Assembly: GCA_951406725.2 (NCBI GenBank)
Contig: OX597819.1
Location: forward strand, 50,468,001-50,532,000
Length of the DNA: 64,000 bases
Source: Octopus vulgaris
Lineage: Eukaryota
Reading direction: 5' to 3'
The stretch's first letter is position 1; each line of letters opens with the position of its first letter. The notes under the pieces are model-generated. The model searched no databases. It saw nothing but the letters and a program-made list of their open reading frames with translations, and was not told the DNA's origin. This document shows positions 13,965 through 28,590 of the stretch, one piece after another. The translations under genes were made by a program, and so were the position numbers.

Positions 13965-14070
13965 CCGGTTTCGAGTTCAGTGACTTTTGCTATAGCATTC
14001 GCCCGACTAATGGCTTGCAGGTGAATTTGAAGCTGTGTAGAAGCCCGTCGTATATATGTATGTGTGTGCG

Positions 14071-14112
<42 letters not shown>

Positions 14113-14360
14113 CGTGCGTGTGTGTGTGTGTGTGTGTATACTTTTGCTTGTATTTGTCTCCCTACTGTTTAATAACGGGTGTCGGTTTGTTTAACTCCCT
14201 GTAACTCAACAAATCTGCAAAGGAGTTCAACAGAATATGCACAACACTTAAAAAAAAATAATGAAAATGTCAATCGTCTTATTCGACCAAACCCTTCATG
14301 GTAGTGCCCCAGAATGGCCACAGTCCAATGAACGAAACATGTAAAAGATTAAAGATTAAA
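13965..14360 (+). mobile_element. Diverged SINE family A
   Basis: gaagcccgtcgtatata, internal (TG)n and tail gtgccccagaatggccacagtc..aatgaacgaaac. Confidence 0.65.
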
Positions 14361-14407
14361 GTTCTACACAGGCTCTATGGATCATGCACTAATGACATAA
14401 ATACATA

Positions 14408-14745
14408 CATACACGCATTTAAACATGTGCATAGACATATATATACACGCATTTAAACATGTGCATAGACATATATATACTCGCATTTAAACATGCACAT
14501 AGACATATATATACACGCATTTAAACATGTGCATAGACATATATATACTCGCATTTAAACATGCACATAGACATATATATACTCGCATTTAAACATGCAC
14601 ATAGACATATATATACACGCATTTAAGCATGTGCATAGACATATATATACTCGCATTTAAACATGCACATAGACATATATATACACGCATTTAAACATGT
14701 GCATAGACATATATATACTCGCATTTAAACATGCACATAGACACA
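14408..14745. repeat. 34-bp minisatellite, about 10 copies
   Basis: Unit tacacgcatttaaacatgtgcatagacatatata; gcatttaa recurs every 34 bp from 14415 to 14721. Confidence 0.95.
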
Positions 14746-15330
14746 CATACACACAGCACTGTACACAACTAACAACTATGGACCACAAAAAGCACACCGG
14801 ACCCAGTGCATCACATCACATGCCACACTAGTCCAAACGCTAGCCCCCACCCCTCGCCACAAGTCTGCAGAGGAGAATGTATTGGAATGAGGAATCAATC
14901 ATGGACAAAAGCAATCGTTATTTCTGCTGACCATTTGTCGATGGAAATGTTTGACAGCTCCATCTGGTGTGGGAAATGGCGGGAAGAAATGGCTATCTTG
15001 TCGTGCGCGAGCGAGTGCGTTCGCATACACACATACACATACACGTACACACGCGTATACAACATGCACATACACATACAGAAGTGCGGTATACACACAA
15101 ATACACAAATATGCACACGCACCACGACACACACATACAAGTACATTTTATAGATACCAATACACACCCGGAAATAGACACACGTGCACAGATACTTTCA
15201 GACATAGACGAGACGCATGCATACATCCTTTCAAACACACACAGACACATGTATATATATGCATACGCACGCATACATATAGATGTGTTGTGTATTTATG
15301 TGTATTTATGTGTACAATCGCGCGCGCACG

Positions 15331-15377
<47 letters not shown>

Positions 15378-15399
15378 ACACACACAGTGTAATTACACA

Positions 15400-15560
15400 T
15401 GGGCCGTCGGCGATTTCTTCTTTTGACTTTTCTCTTTCTCTTTTCCGACAAAGAACTATGCTCGAAACATTAAACTCCCTCCTTTCACCGAGCGTCAAAT
15501 TAATAAATTTCTTGCCGCACGTTCTCACATTCATCGTTTTCCTTTTTTTATTTGTTTATT
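15400..15560 (+). mobile_element. Decayed Penelope-like terminal repeat with a dead hammerhead
   Basis: ttt-CCGACAA-agaactatgctc-GAAAC-att-aaac is collinear with the intact copy at 47690-47724. Confidence 0.55.
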
Positions 15561-15583
15561 TGAATTCTTTGCTTATTTGAATT

Positions 15584-15640
<57 letters not shown>

Positions 15641-15653
15641 GAAAGAAAGAGAC

Positions 15654-15687
<34 letters not shown>

Positions 15688-15797
15688 AGAGATAGATAAC
15701 CATATAAATATATAGATGTATGTTATTCATATGTATGCTTGTATTGATATATGTATGTATGTATGTATGTATGTACGTATGTATGTATGTATGTATG

Positions 15798-15881
<84 letters not shown>

Positions 15882-16080
15882 GACAGACGTGTTGTCACAT
15901 CGGCTCCGAAGGTAATCGTTTATTTTGACTATTTATAGCCCATATTTTTTGTACATTTTTGTAAATAAGGTGTGTAAGGCACCCAACTTTCGTTTGAGTG
16001 CTTTTCCAAGGGAGGAATTCGCCCCTAGGGGCAGTTTCAACCCTATTTAATTTGTGTATTTTTCTTCTCGACATTAAAAA

Positions 16081-18086
16081 ATGTCGAGAAATGTTATTGT
16101 AGAACGCTGGTCGCGTTCCTTTATGGACCAGCATTTTCCTAGACTTGAAACGCTAGGAGAAAAAAAGAACTTATGCACGCACACACATTCGACAAAGACA
16201 AACCTGAGTGACGTGGTAGTGAACGTTGCAACCACTTGCGGTAACAGCCCTGTCACCACCACCACCACCACCACCACCACCACCACCACCACCACTAACA
16301 ACAACAACAACAACAACAACAACGAGACTACTACTGCTACCACCACAACCTACACCACCACCACCACCACCACGACCAACATAAATGATAAAAATGAAAT
16401 TCACGCGAATACTATTAACAAAAACAACAACAACAAGAAGAACAACAACAAAAATGAAATAAATATTTTACCATCTAATAGTGAAGATATTAACATAAGA
16501 GAATCAACGGCACCTGTAAAAGCCACGTCCAAGAATATTTCGGATACAACAACAACAAAAACACACAACGACAACAACTGCCAAAATATAACAGTAAATT
16601 TCGCTGACGCCCTGCGTCAGAAAAAAGAAATGATAAAATTTACGAATGAAAAATTAATAGAAACGAGAGCACTCTTTACAACCCAAGGGCAGGATTTAGT
16701 GCTGCATAGACCTCAACACATAAAGGAACAAATAGAAAATAAGACAATTATATATAAAATTATAAAAAAAACAAAAAACAAAATGAACAGATTACAAAAA
16801 AGGACATAGAAAAGTGTTTAAAAAGCATAATGAAAAAAAGAATATACAAACTGGGGTCCCCAGTTTAATACAGTGGTGGTCCGCTTCCCTAACCAGGAAG
16901 TGGCAAAAGCTCACTCTACGGAGTCTTTGGAAAATGATGAAATCATCACGATCCCATATTACAAAGGCCAGAGAGTGAGTAGAATTAGCATTAAAAATGT
17001 ACCTCCCGAGATCCCTAACAAATGGATAACAGGAGCGATCTGTTACCATTTGAAAACGATAAACATATTAGAAATCGCCGTATACAAAAACGACAATTGG
17101 GGTGGTAAAACAATAGTAGTGACCATCCAGATTGAGGGGTCCTCTATCGAGAACCTACCTGATAGGATCCATTTAGAAAATGGGCAAAGCCTATATGTTG
17201 TAGCAGAAGGCAAAAAGCCTAGATGCTACAACTGTGGCAGCCCAGAACATTTAATTGCCAAGTGCGCTCTGGCACAGAAAAAACAAGAAAGAACAAATCA
17301 GAAAAAACCCTTGTTGCCAACACCAACACCAACACACTCAATTATGGAACAATACCAAGAAAAACAACAAACCAGCAAACAAACCCCAACAACATCACCA
17401 AGAAAAGAAACAGCACCAACACAATCACCGTTGACGTCGCAACCAATTCAACATACTGAACCAACAAAAGGTAGACCAACACCAACACCGAGGACGACAA
17501 CTAAAAAAACAGAAAAGAGTGACGAGGAGACAAATTCTACCCCAAACACCCCAACAACACAAACACCGCACAAAACATCAACAATTTCTACAAGCATACA
17601 TATTAACGCAAACGCTTTGCCTTTACCCCCTTTTGATTCGTCGGACTCGTCGTCCAACGACGAAAGTTCGACGGAATGGCAAATAGCCACAGGGAGTAAA
17701 AGGAAAAAATCAAAAAAGCCCACCAAACAAGTAAGTAAAGCAGGGAGATATTTAACTCCGGACAGCATCCCCTTAGACAATAAAAAAATCAATGAACCCG
17801 CAAAACCACACACACAACTAACTGCAATAGACACAGACAATAAAAATTGGATTACATTGCATCCAACACGAACATCTGTGAAGATGACTTTAAGACAAAT
17901 AATCATCCGCGCACCACACCACCGAAACACATAAGAATTGTACACATAACACAAACACAACACCATACACTGAAAACAATATTTCCAAATGCGGTAGGCG
18001 GGTTTCAACGATACCTCTCAAAAAACTATACAAACACCTCCTCAAAGACACTACAAAAGAAGAAAAAACTGAAACTTTCGAAATGA
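16081..18086 (+). pseudogene. LINE ORF1 (gag-like, zinc knuckle), frameshifted
   Basis: CYNCGSPEHLIAKC knuckle and Thr/Pro-rich linker. Pieces 16081-16809, 16873-17934 and 17847-18086 are joined by small indels, some in A runs. Confidence 0.8.
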
Positions 18087-18160
18087 GTAAGTGACCTTCC
18101 CTCTTGCCTCTTGTCTCTTCCAATGTAGTGTGTGAAACACAAATTTCTTAAACGTCAATT

Positions 18161-21100
18161 ATGCTTAAATTAGGTTGTGTGAATGCGCGTGGCTTGGCGT
18201 CGGTTTGGAAGCAAGGTTACCTTCTAAACGACATCAAGTCACTGAATGTGGATATAGTAGCTATCAGTGAAACCAGACTCAGCAAGCCGCGGGCCCTCGC
18301 GTCCATGTTTGGCGATCAATTCGACATTTATTTTTCTCCCTGTCTGCCGAACATGGGTGGTGGAGGTACCGCGGTGCTTTTTCGAAAGAGTCTAAATGTA
18401 AAAGTAAAAACAATATTCCTAGACCCGGAGGGCAGGCTTGTTGTCTTGGACGTGGATGGCAGAAATGGATGTGCATTCCGTCTGAAGGCAGTTTATGCAC
18501 CGTCCTTAACGAGTCGGGCGGATTTCTTCAGACGTCTAGAGGTTTTCCTGGGTACGTCTAGACTTTTACTGTTAGCAGGCGATTGGGACGCTGCCTTGGA
18601 CACGCATCTAGATTATGTGGGAATGGATAGGAATAGAAGGGGATGTAAGTGCCTCAAAGACCTACTCAGACGTTTCCATTTGTCTGACAGGTTCCGACTC
18701 GACCATCCGAACGTGCCAACGTGGACTTGGACAAACCGCGTCGGATCGTCGAGATCTTATCTAGATAGAATTCTATGCAGGACAGCGGATAGGGATAGTG
18801 TAGGATGTCCACAATTTAAAATAGTCAGCTACACAGATCACAAATTTGTTACGTGTACGCTCGAGTTAGATAAGACACATAGACAGGGTCCCGGTTACTG
18901 GAAACTGAACACGTCGCTCTTAGCGCGACAGGTTTACAGGAACCGGATTAGCGAGTTAATTAAGAAGGCGCTGACGTGAGCCGTCGTTAACAACCGCTGG
19001 TGGTTCGCCCTGAAAATGGCAATAAAATCGGAATCAATTAGGTTTAGCAAGGAATTAGCGATAGATCGAAATAGAGTAGAGGGAGACCTGGTTAAGAAAC
19101 TAGAAGAGGCACTTACCACTGGCAGCGCAACCAGCATGCTGGCTACGGGGATGGCCCTCGACCAACACCTCAACGCCAAGCACGAGGGTTGCGTCGTCAG
19201 AGCTAAAATGCGTGCCTTAAAGAACGAAGGGATCGAAGCTGCGCGAGAAGCCCGGGTAGCGGAGGCGCAGCGTGGCAACAGAGCCACCATTCGGTCTCTA
19301 ATAGATCAACAGGGATGCAGTTTACTCGAACCCGAAAGGATGTGTGAGGCCTTTCAACAGCACTTTGCTCGACTGTTTGGTGCGAGTGGTGAGTCGGAAC
19401 GCGGGATGGATTTCAGTGACTACCTGACCAACCTATCGCGGCTCTCGTCAAGAGAAGCGGAGTGTTGTGAAAGTCCCATCACAGCCGCTGACGTGCGGGA
19501 TGCGATGGCAAGCTGCGCGAGGGATAAGTCGCCTGGATTGGATGGTTTACCCTACGAGCTGTATTGTCAAATGCCAGACTTGTTTGGCGACCTCTTGACA
19601 TCAGTCTACTGCAACTGGCTACAAAACGGGAGAATCCCCGGTTTCGTGAGCCGAGGTGGAGTGACGTTGCTGAAGAAAGACCCAAACAAGGGGAATTTTA
19701 TAGATAATTTCAGGCCCATCACCCTGCTCAACGCAGATTTGAAAATTTTGGCCAAAGTAATAGCCGAGAGGTTGGCGCTTGTCATTGGTAAACTGGTCGA
19801 CAGGGCGCAAACATGTGCCGTGCCGGGCAGAACCATACATGACAACCTCCATCTGATGCGCTACATTGTGGACAGGGTAGTTAAGGATCCTGGCATGGGT
19901 GGGGCGCTGATCAATTTGGATCAGTCTAAAGCCTTCGATAGGGTCGACCATCGGTACCTGGCGGCCGTCCTCAGGGCGGCTGGCTTCGGTCCCGTCTTCC
20001 GCGGTTGAATCGCTGCCTTGTATAGCGGCATCCGATCGGTGATTCGGGTGAGCGGCCACATGTCGAAACCGTTTGACATCACGCGTTCGGTCCGTCAGGG
20101 ATGTCCCCTGTCGGCGCTTCTGTATGTATTGACTCTCGAGCCGCCACTGCGGAAGCTGGCGACACTGAGGGGCATTCCACGGGAACTGGGTTGCGGGACG
20201 AGCGTGTCGGCATATGCGGACGATGTCACCGTCATAGTGTCGAGCGACAAACACATCCAGATGATAGGCGAGACACTAAGAAAATACGAAACGGTGACGG
20301 GAGCGAAGATTAACCCGGAAAGGTCAGTGGGTTTGCTACTCGGCACCTGGAGAAGCAAGCTCATGCCGTCCGACTGCGGCTCAGTAGTGGGACGCTGGAC
20401 GGACGGACCGGTTAAATTGCTCGGGGTCTGGTTCAGTCCGGACCTCCAAATGGATAAGAACTGGGACGAGATCACGAGTAGAGTGGTCGCTCTCAGTCAA
20501 ACATGGGCCGAGAGAAAGCTGTCTATAAAAGGTCGGGCGGAGGTGGCGAACGCGTACATCGCATCCGTCATCGATTACCGCCTGACCGTCGTGCCTTGTC
20601 CCGACTCCACCATCACCAAACTGGAGCGCATACTCTTCCGCTTCCTGTGGAAGGGTGGCGTTCCGATGGTGAGGAAGTCCATTTGCTGTCAACATCCGTT
20701 GAATGGAGGACTGGGCATGCCGTGGTTGATGATGCGCAGGCATGCGCTGAGACTGCGACATCTCTGGAACTTCATCGATGACGGTGAACAGGTGTGGGCG
20801 CCGTTTGTGAGGCGCGCCTTCCCGCAGCTCGTCTCACTGACCGAACTGCAAACGTGGATCAAGAAGAGACCGAAACTGGGTGATTGGCACCAATAGTGTC
20901 GCCAAGCTCTACAGCAGCTCTGCCGACCGGGGTCAAACTTGTGCAACTAACAAACGACTAAAGCGTTCTATAGAGGACTAGTGGAGGGGAGGTCCGACGA
21001 CACAGTCGGCGCAAACCTGGGCGTCGACGAGAAATTCCTAACCCGCCTGTTCAGGAGGACGTTCGGGCCGGGGCCTATGGATAACTTCCAGAGATCCCTG

Positions 21101-21601
21101 GCTTGGCAATACTATCGAGACGCACTACCTGTTCGAGAGAAGAGCTACAGGTACGGTTCGAAAACCATCACCGGACCGACCTGCCCGAGATGCGGTCAGA
21201 GCGACGAAACCGTTCTGCACGCACTCGTGCAGTGTCCAGATATTTCAGAGCTGTGGACCTTCGTCGAACAGCTGTTGTCGCGTGTAGGACGGGCCCGCTT
21301 ATCGGCCGAGTCTATCGTGAATATTGTTCCACCACCCTCCTTTAAACGGGAAGGGAAAACGGTTTTCGTTACGCTGATGGCTATGGCGAAAGAATGTGTG
21401 TGGTGGACGCGTTTGAAAGGACTGCAAACAAACACCTTCCTCTCTGGTCAGTCTCTCGTCAACTTTTTCAAGTACCACTTGTAAAGGAGGATGAGAATAG
21501 AGAGGAAGGCTTTGTCGAACGAATGTTTTAATAAAAAGTGGGTAAAAGTGGCAAAAATGGTCAGTATGAAAGACGATTCTATTTTAAGCGTAAATCTGTA
21601 A
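18161..21601 (+). pseudogene. LINE ORF2: AP endonuclease, reverse transcriptase, C-terminal zinc finger; one frame with five premature stops
   Basis: NARGL, ISET, AGDW, YLDR and TDHK (APE); KSPGLDGL, FRPITLLN, DQSKAFDRV, RQGCPLS and YADD (RT); CPRC..ETVLHALVQC. Stops end at 18979, 20008, 20896, 20950 and 21484, all in frame. Confidence 0.93.
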
Positions 21602-21731
21602 CCAAAAGAGACAACGAGAGGTAAGGTGACTTACTCATGTGTTCATTTTCGAACTGTCTGAGGTGACCTTGGTCTTTTTTGTAGGTTTTTCTTTCGAAGG
21701 CTACACCTAAACTGTGAACTTTATATATATA

Positions 21732-22136
21732 GGCGCAGGAGTGGCTGTGTGGTAAGTAGCTTGTTTACCAACCACATGGTTCCGGGTTCAGTCCCACTGC
21801 GTGGCACCTTGGGCAAGTGTCTTCTACTATAGCCTCGGGCCGACCAAAGCCTTGTGAGTGAATTTGGTAGACGGAAACTGAAAGAAGCCCGTCGTATATA
21901 TGTATATATATATGCGTGTGTGTGTTTGTGTGTCTGTATTTGTCCCCCTAGCATTACTTGACAAGCGATGCTGGTGTGTTTATGTCCCCGTTACATAGCG
22001 GTTCGGCAAAAGAGACCGATAAAATAAGTACTGGGCTTACAAAAGAATAAGTCTCGGGGTCGAGTTACTCGATTAAAGGCGGTGCTCCAGCATGGCCGCA
22101 GTCAAATGACTGAAACAAGTAAAAGAGTAAAAGAGT
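21732..22136 (+). mobile_element. SINE family A (tRNA-derived head, internal microsatellite, (AAAGAGT) tail) inserted in the LINE 3' UTR
   Basis: GGCGCAGGAGTGGCTGTGTGG A-box, GGTTCAGTCCC B-box-like motif; multiple copies in the window. Confidence 0.9.
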
Positions 22137-22296
22137 ATATATTGCTTTTTTATACACCACACAACCCTCAGATCCCTATTAATCGAACGTTTTTTTTTTT
22201 GTGCCCCACCCATCCCACCTCGAAAAGAAAAAATTCTACATTGTATTTCGTCCATTTTTATTCTGTGTTTAGCCCTGTGTGGCTACAATAAAAAAG

Positions 22297-22383
<87 letters not shown>

Positions 22384-22719
22384 CAGACTCACATGTGCAC
22401 ACACGACTGAAGGCACGTTTCAATACATTTAAGCGAATTGCACACATACAGAAACAACCCCCCCCCACCGTGTACTTTATTATATTCACTTTTTGAGAAG
22501 AAAATAGTTCAATTAGCTCTAAAAAAATAACATAGTTTTAGAATGTATACCATATTGTGGTGTATGTGACTTAATTGAAATATGATTAATTATTAGAAAT
22601 TACTTGTCAGTGAATTTGGTAGGCGAAAACTATGTGAAAGCCCGTCGTGTTTGTCTTCCTTTATATGTTTCAGCCCTAAGGCTGTGGCCATGTTGGGGGA
22701 CCGCCAATATATATATATA

Positions 22720-22780
<61 letters not shown>

Positions 22781-22786
<6 letters not shown>

Positions 22787-22943
22787 CTCAGGCATGCGCT
22801 GAGACTGCGACATCTCTGGAACTTCATCGATGACGGTGAACAGGTGTGGGCGCCGTTTGTGAGGCGCGCCTTCCCGCAGCTCGTCTCACTGACCGAACTG
22901 CAAACGTGGATCAAGAAGAGACCGAAACTGGGCGATTGGCACC
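22781..22943 (+). mobile_element. 163-bp internal copy of LINE ORF2 (20729-20891)
   Basis: Only two differences from 20729-20891 by eye; abuts (TA)n. Confidence 0.9.
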
Positions 22944-24291
22944 GAACAAATAAATCACATTCATTGTGTATCTGTGTTCGACAATGTTTACAACGCTTAC
23001 GTTGCGTCTTATTCATATTTGAATTTATTGCAGTGTATACATCGTTCGTTCATACCAGCAGATGATTTTTACACATTTTACATATAGTCATGGACAAGCT
23101 ATTCAATTTGCAAGATGCAAATTGGATAGCGCGGTTTCTATTTCCAAACCGGGTGGTGTGTTATATTCTTGGGGCATACCAACAGATGATTTGTAGTAGG
23201 AGTAGTGGTGGAAGTGTTGGTGTAGGTACGGGTGGTTAGTTTCACCAAATGCTTCAAGGCGTTGCCCCAGTTTGGTCACAGTCCAATAAATAAAACTGTA
23301 AAATATAAACGGTAATGATACAAATTACCTCTCGATAATTAGTTAACGAATTTATTGTGTCAGAAAAGTCCACTTAGAAAATGTAGTAAAAGTACATATT
23401 AACTTATATACTAAATATTCCTATAAAAGTTGTTACTTTATAAAACATAAAGACTATTTTTGGTTCTTCATTTTGTTTGTATTATTAAGTTGCTGCAACA
23501 TTGTTTTCTTCTTTCTGCAGAACCTAAACAATTCAAACAGTTACCATCTGCATTTCTCAAAACAATAAAGACAACAGTTCTGCTGATTCCTATATGTTAT
23601 ATATTTTCATTTCCGGACCTACATCAAAACAAAACACGTACATCGATTAACTCTGTCGTTTCGTCTAAAGTTTCGGCAAGAGGAATCTGAGGATCCATTA
23701 GCAGTTTAGCTTATATCGTTTCAACTAGAACATAACTCAGACATTTCGGACAGGAAATTATATGAATAATTTCCATAACTATCTATTTCTTTTTTATGCC
23801 TCTCCAGAAAAGCAAAGAATTAGCGAATACATTCATACATGTAAAAATGAGCTTTCAGTTGATGCAGGCTACAATAGAAGGAATTTAAAGTATAAGAATC
23901 GTAATTAATAGAGTTTCCTAATGAAGTTCATACAGATCTAAAGACAGAAGGGAATGACTGCCCTTTATTTGTCCAATATGTTTCATACGTCTACTTACAC
24001 TGTTCCATTATAAAGAACAGACTTCCAAAGTATCTGTCATTAAGCAGTCGTGGTCACTGATAGTGAAACTCAGTCTACTTTCACTTTCATTTCACTTTCC
24101 CGCTCTTCTTTCCAATTATTCTTTCTCTTTATTTTTCTCTTACTGTGTTCAAATCCGACTCGGTGTTTACTATAAACACTGTAAGCACACACATACACAC
24201 ACACATACACACATATATATATATGTTGTGTGTGTGTGTGTGTGTATACATGTACACATGTATGTTTGTATGTATGTGTTTGTGTGTGTGC

Positions 24292-24328
<37 letters not shown>

Positions 24329-25067
24329 TAGATAGATAGAGAAAGAGGGGGAGAAATAAAGAGAGTATGAGACAGAGAGAAAGGGAGACAGATGTATGCG
24401 TCTCTATGTACATTATTTCATTATTTCAAGAAATTACACGTCCACTAATCATAACCTATTATTTTCCAGTATTTCGTCTTTATTACATCTCTTGAAACGA
24501 TTGTATTGCAGTGAAAATGTTGCTTGGTGTGTAAATAAACTTAACTAGACCGAAATATTAATAAGTTAATTGTTTGCATTATCTTGCAGAATTACTTGCG
24601 TCATTGCTGATATTTACCGAATAGCTAGCATTAATTTCAGGTACAGCTAACATCAATGAGCCGATTTATGTTTGCAGACAGTCAGGGTTAACCGTATTAA
24701 TTAAACACCGTGTGAATTAGTCATCAATAAATGAAGAATTAATAGAGTGGACTTTAATCTATTTATGGTTATGATTTCAATGGATCTTACACAAATATTA
24801 TCATTAAGATTAGAATATCATCGTATTTAAAGAGGAATGTCATCACGAGTGATATTGTAACTGTCAAAATGTAACGAAACTTGCCTGAATCTAACTATCC
24901 CCCGTTTTCTCTTTGTCCACCTCCCCTGCCTACGCTTCCTTCGACTCCTCCGCCTCCCCATCTCCTCTTCCTCCTTTTCCCCCCTCCTCGTCTTCGCCCG
25001 CTCATTCATTAATCTTCGACCCGTTTGGCCCTCTTTTGCTTTCCAAAGATTACTGCATTCTTACACA

Positions 25068-25743
<676 letters not shown>

Positions 25744-25784
25744 ATACATACATACATACATGTATGTATGCCTGTATGTAATTG

Positions 25785-25912
25785 CTTTTACACAGTTTCT
25801 GTTTACTAAATTCACTCACAAGGAATTGAATTAAGGGCTATTGTAGAAGACGGGACTGAATCCAAAAACCATGTGGTTACAATGTGAACTTCTAAAACTC
25901 ACAACCAATCTC
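25785..25912 (-). mobile_element. Diverged SINE family A head
   Basis: cagtttc.gt.tac.aaattcactcacaagg...gtagaagac..gggactgaa...accatgtggt. Confidence 0.6.
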
Positions 25913-26707
25913 CTTGTGCGTGGGTGCGCGTGCGTGTGTGTCTGACAAAATGGAGGCTATAATCAAACAGTGGAAAGTTTTCTTAGTCATTCCAGAAGAC
26001 AACGGGGGTAAAATAGGATGTATATGCGTGAGTGTGTGTATGTAGATATGCGTATATAGGTTTGCGTATGTAGGCATGCGTGTGTGTCAATCGTGGTAAT
26101 CGACGCTATGAGCGAATGCCTGCCAACATGGCCGCGGAATCGAGGATGTTAAAATGTTGGGAGTAAAACTAAGTGAAAATACATCTACATGCGCACGTAA
26201 TTACACATCAAACACACATGGACGCACTCACGCACGAACACAAACACACTCAGATACACTCGCACACTCGGCCACACATAGACATACACACACATATATA
26301 TACGCGTTCACACGTGATGGAATGTTTAATAACGGGTTTGTGTTCAGAGATATTCATAGTTAAATAATTATATTAAATGCAACGGGTTATGTTCACAAGA
26401 AAAAAGAATAGAAGAAAAGTAGAACTCAATACAGCAGTCACCAGCTAGCCTTCGAAGTCACAGTCAATTTATATTTTATCTAATAATAACAATAATAATG
26501 ACGATGAAGACAATAATGATCATAATTATAATTATAATTATAACTGCAATACTCATAATGGTAATAATGATTATGTACCTCGCCCTACATTCACCCCCCA
26601 CCACATTCAACCCCACATTCATCCCAACCACACGCATATACGCACAATTATATACTCGTAAATATAACTATCGACACGTAGATGTTGAAGCATATATATA
26701 TATAACT

Positions 26708-26708
26708 T

Positions 26709-26798
<90 letters not shown>

Positions 26799-26834
26799 TA
26801 TATATACATACATATATATATATGCATACATATA

Positions 26835-26866
<32 letters not shown>

Positions 26867-26977
26867 CATATATATGCATACATACATACATATATATATA
26901 TATATATGTATGTATGTATATATATGCGTATATATATGTATGTATGTATATATATACATATATATATGCATACATAC

Positions 26978-27009
<32 letters not shown>

Positions 27010-27052
27010 ATATATGCGTATATATATGTATGTATGTATATATATACATATA

Positions 27053-27083
<31 letters not shown>

Positions 27084-27099
27084 CTATATATATACATGT

Positions 27100-27147
<48 letters not shown>

Positions 27148-27174
27148 ATATATGTATATACATATATATATACA

Positions 27175-27225
<51 letters not shown>

Positions 27226-27267
27226 ATATATATGTATATATATGTATATAAATATATATATACATAC

Positions 27268-27299
<32 letters not shown>

Positions 27300-27400
27300 G
27301 CATGTGTATTTATGCTAGCATCTATATACATATTCGTATACCCAAATACATATTCGTATATTGATGTATACATATGTGTGTGTGCGCGCGCGTGTGTCTA
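26708..27400. repeat. (TA)n-rich compound microsatellite
   Basis: Direct inspection. Confidence 0.9.
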
Positions 27401-27754
27401 TATATTTGTTGACACATGTTGCAGTTAATCATTGTTTGGATCTTACATAGTTCTCGCTACGTGCTTTGCGCACATATTCACACGCTGAAATTATCTTATT
27501 CATTCAGATAAACCTTTTATTTACTTAAAGTTAATTACCTCAATGAAATTCTGTAGTTAATTAGAAGCTGTAGTAGTTACCTTTAATTAATTCGGAATTG
27601 CCAAAATCTGTTCAAGAATCTTATAAATATTTGAAGAAGAAAAGGAAAACCATGAAGCATGAATGAGATAAAATAATATCATTTCAAAAATCCTCTAGTA
27701 TAGAAACAAAAAGAATCCGTAATAGAAGATGCAAAGGAGAATCACATTGCTGCG

Positions 27755-28590
27755 AACACTGACAAACAGGTGCATCACAAATACTTCCCGCCCTGCATAC
27801 ATGCAAATACGCACACATATATACCTGTGTGTATGTATTTTGTTCTAGTTATATCTTTAAGAGTTGTGAAGGCGCATGGCTCAGTGGTTAGAGCGTCGAG
27901 TTTACGATCGTGAGGTTGTGAGTTCGAATCCCGGACCGGGCTGCGTGTTGTTATAGAACTGACAAACAGGCGGATAGACGCGCATTCACATGTGTCCTCA
28001 CAAAAACTTCCCACCCTGCATACATGCAAATACGCACACATATATACCTGTGTGTATGTATATTTATAAGAGTTGTGAAGGCGCATGGCTTAGTGGTTAG
28101 AGCGTCGAGTTTACGATCGTGAGGTTGTGAGTTCGAATCCCGGACCGCACTGCGTGTTGTTATAGAACTGACAAACAGGCGGATAGACGCGCATTCACAT
28201 GTGTCCTCACAAAAACTTCCCACCCTGCATACATGCAAATACGCACACATATATACCTGTGTGTATGTATATTTATAAGAGTTGTGAAGGCGCATGGCTT
28301 AGTGGTTAGAGCGTCGAGTTTACGATCGTGAGGTTGTGAGTTCGAATCCCGGACCGGGCTGCGTGTTGTTATAGAACTGACAAACAGGCGGATAGACGCG
28401 CATTCACATGTGTCCTCACAAATACTTCCCACCCTGCATACATGCAAATACGCACACATATATACCTGTGTGTATGTATTTTGTTCTAGTTATATTTATA
28501 AGAGTTGTGAAGGTGCATGGCTTAGTGGTTAGAGCGTCGGGCTTACGATCGTGAGGTTGTGAGTTCGAATCCCGAACCGGGCTGCGCGTT
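27755..28590 (+). repeat. ~209-bp tandem repeat (4 units), each containing a tRNA-like SINE head
   Basis: gacaaacagg at 27761, 27961, 28170 and 28379. Each unit has tggcttagtggttagagcg (A box) and gagttcgaatccc (B box). Confidence 0.92.

Larger units (their letters stand above)
15882..22297 (+). mobile_element. Near full-length Tx1/L1-clade non-LTR retrotransposon embedded in (TATC)n
   Basis: ORF1 with CCHC knuckle, ORF2 with APE-RT-zinc finger, and a 3' UTR ending AATAAAAAAG. (TATC)n abuts both ends (15798-15881 and 22298-22383). A SINE is inserted in the 3' UTR. Confidence 0.93.

Noticed and set aside
27870-28590. Apparent tRNA gene cluster or CRISPR-like array
   Set aside because: The heads lack a proper cloverleaf and continue into a SINE body; the spacers are identical, not unique; eukaryotic context.
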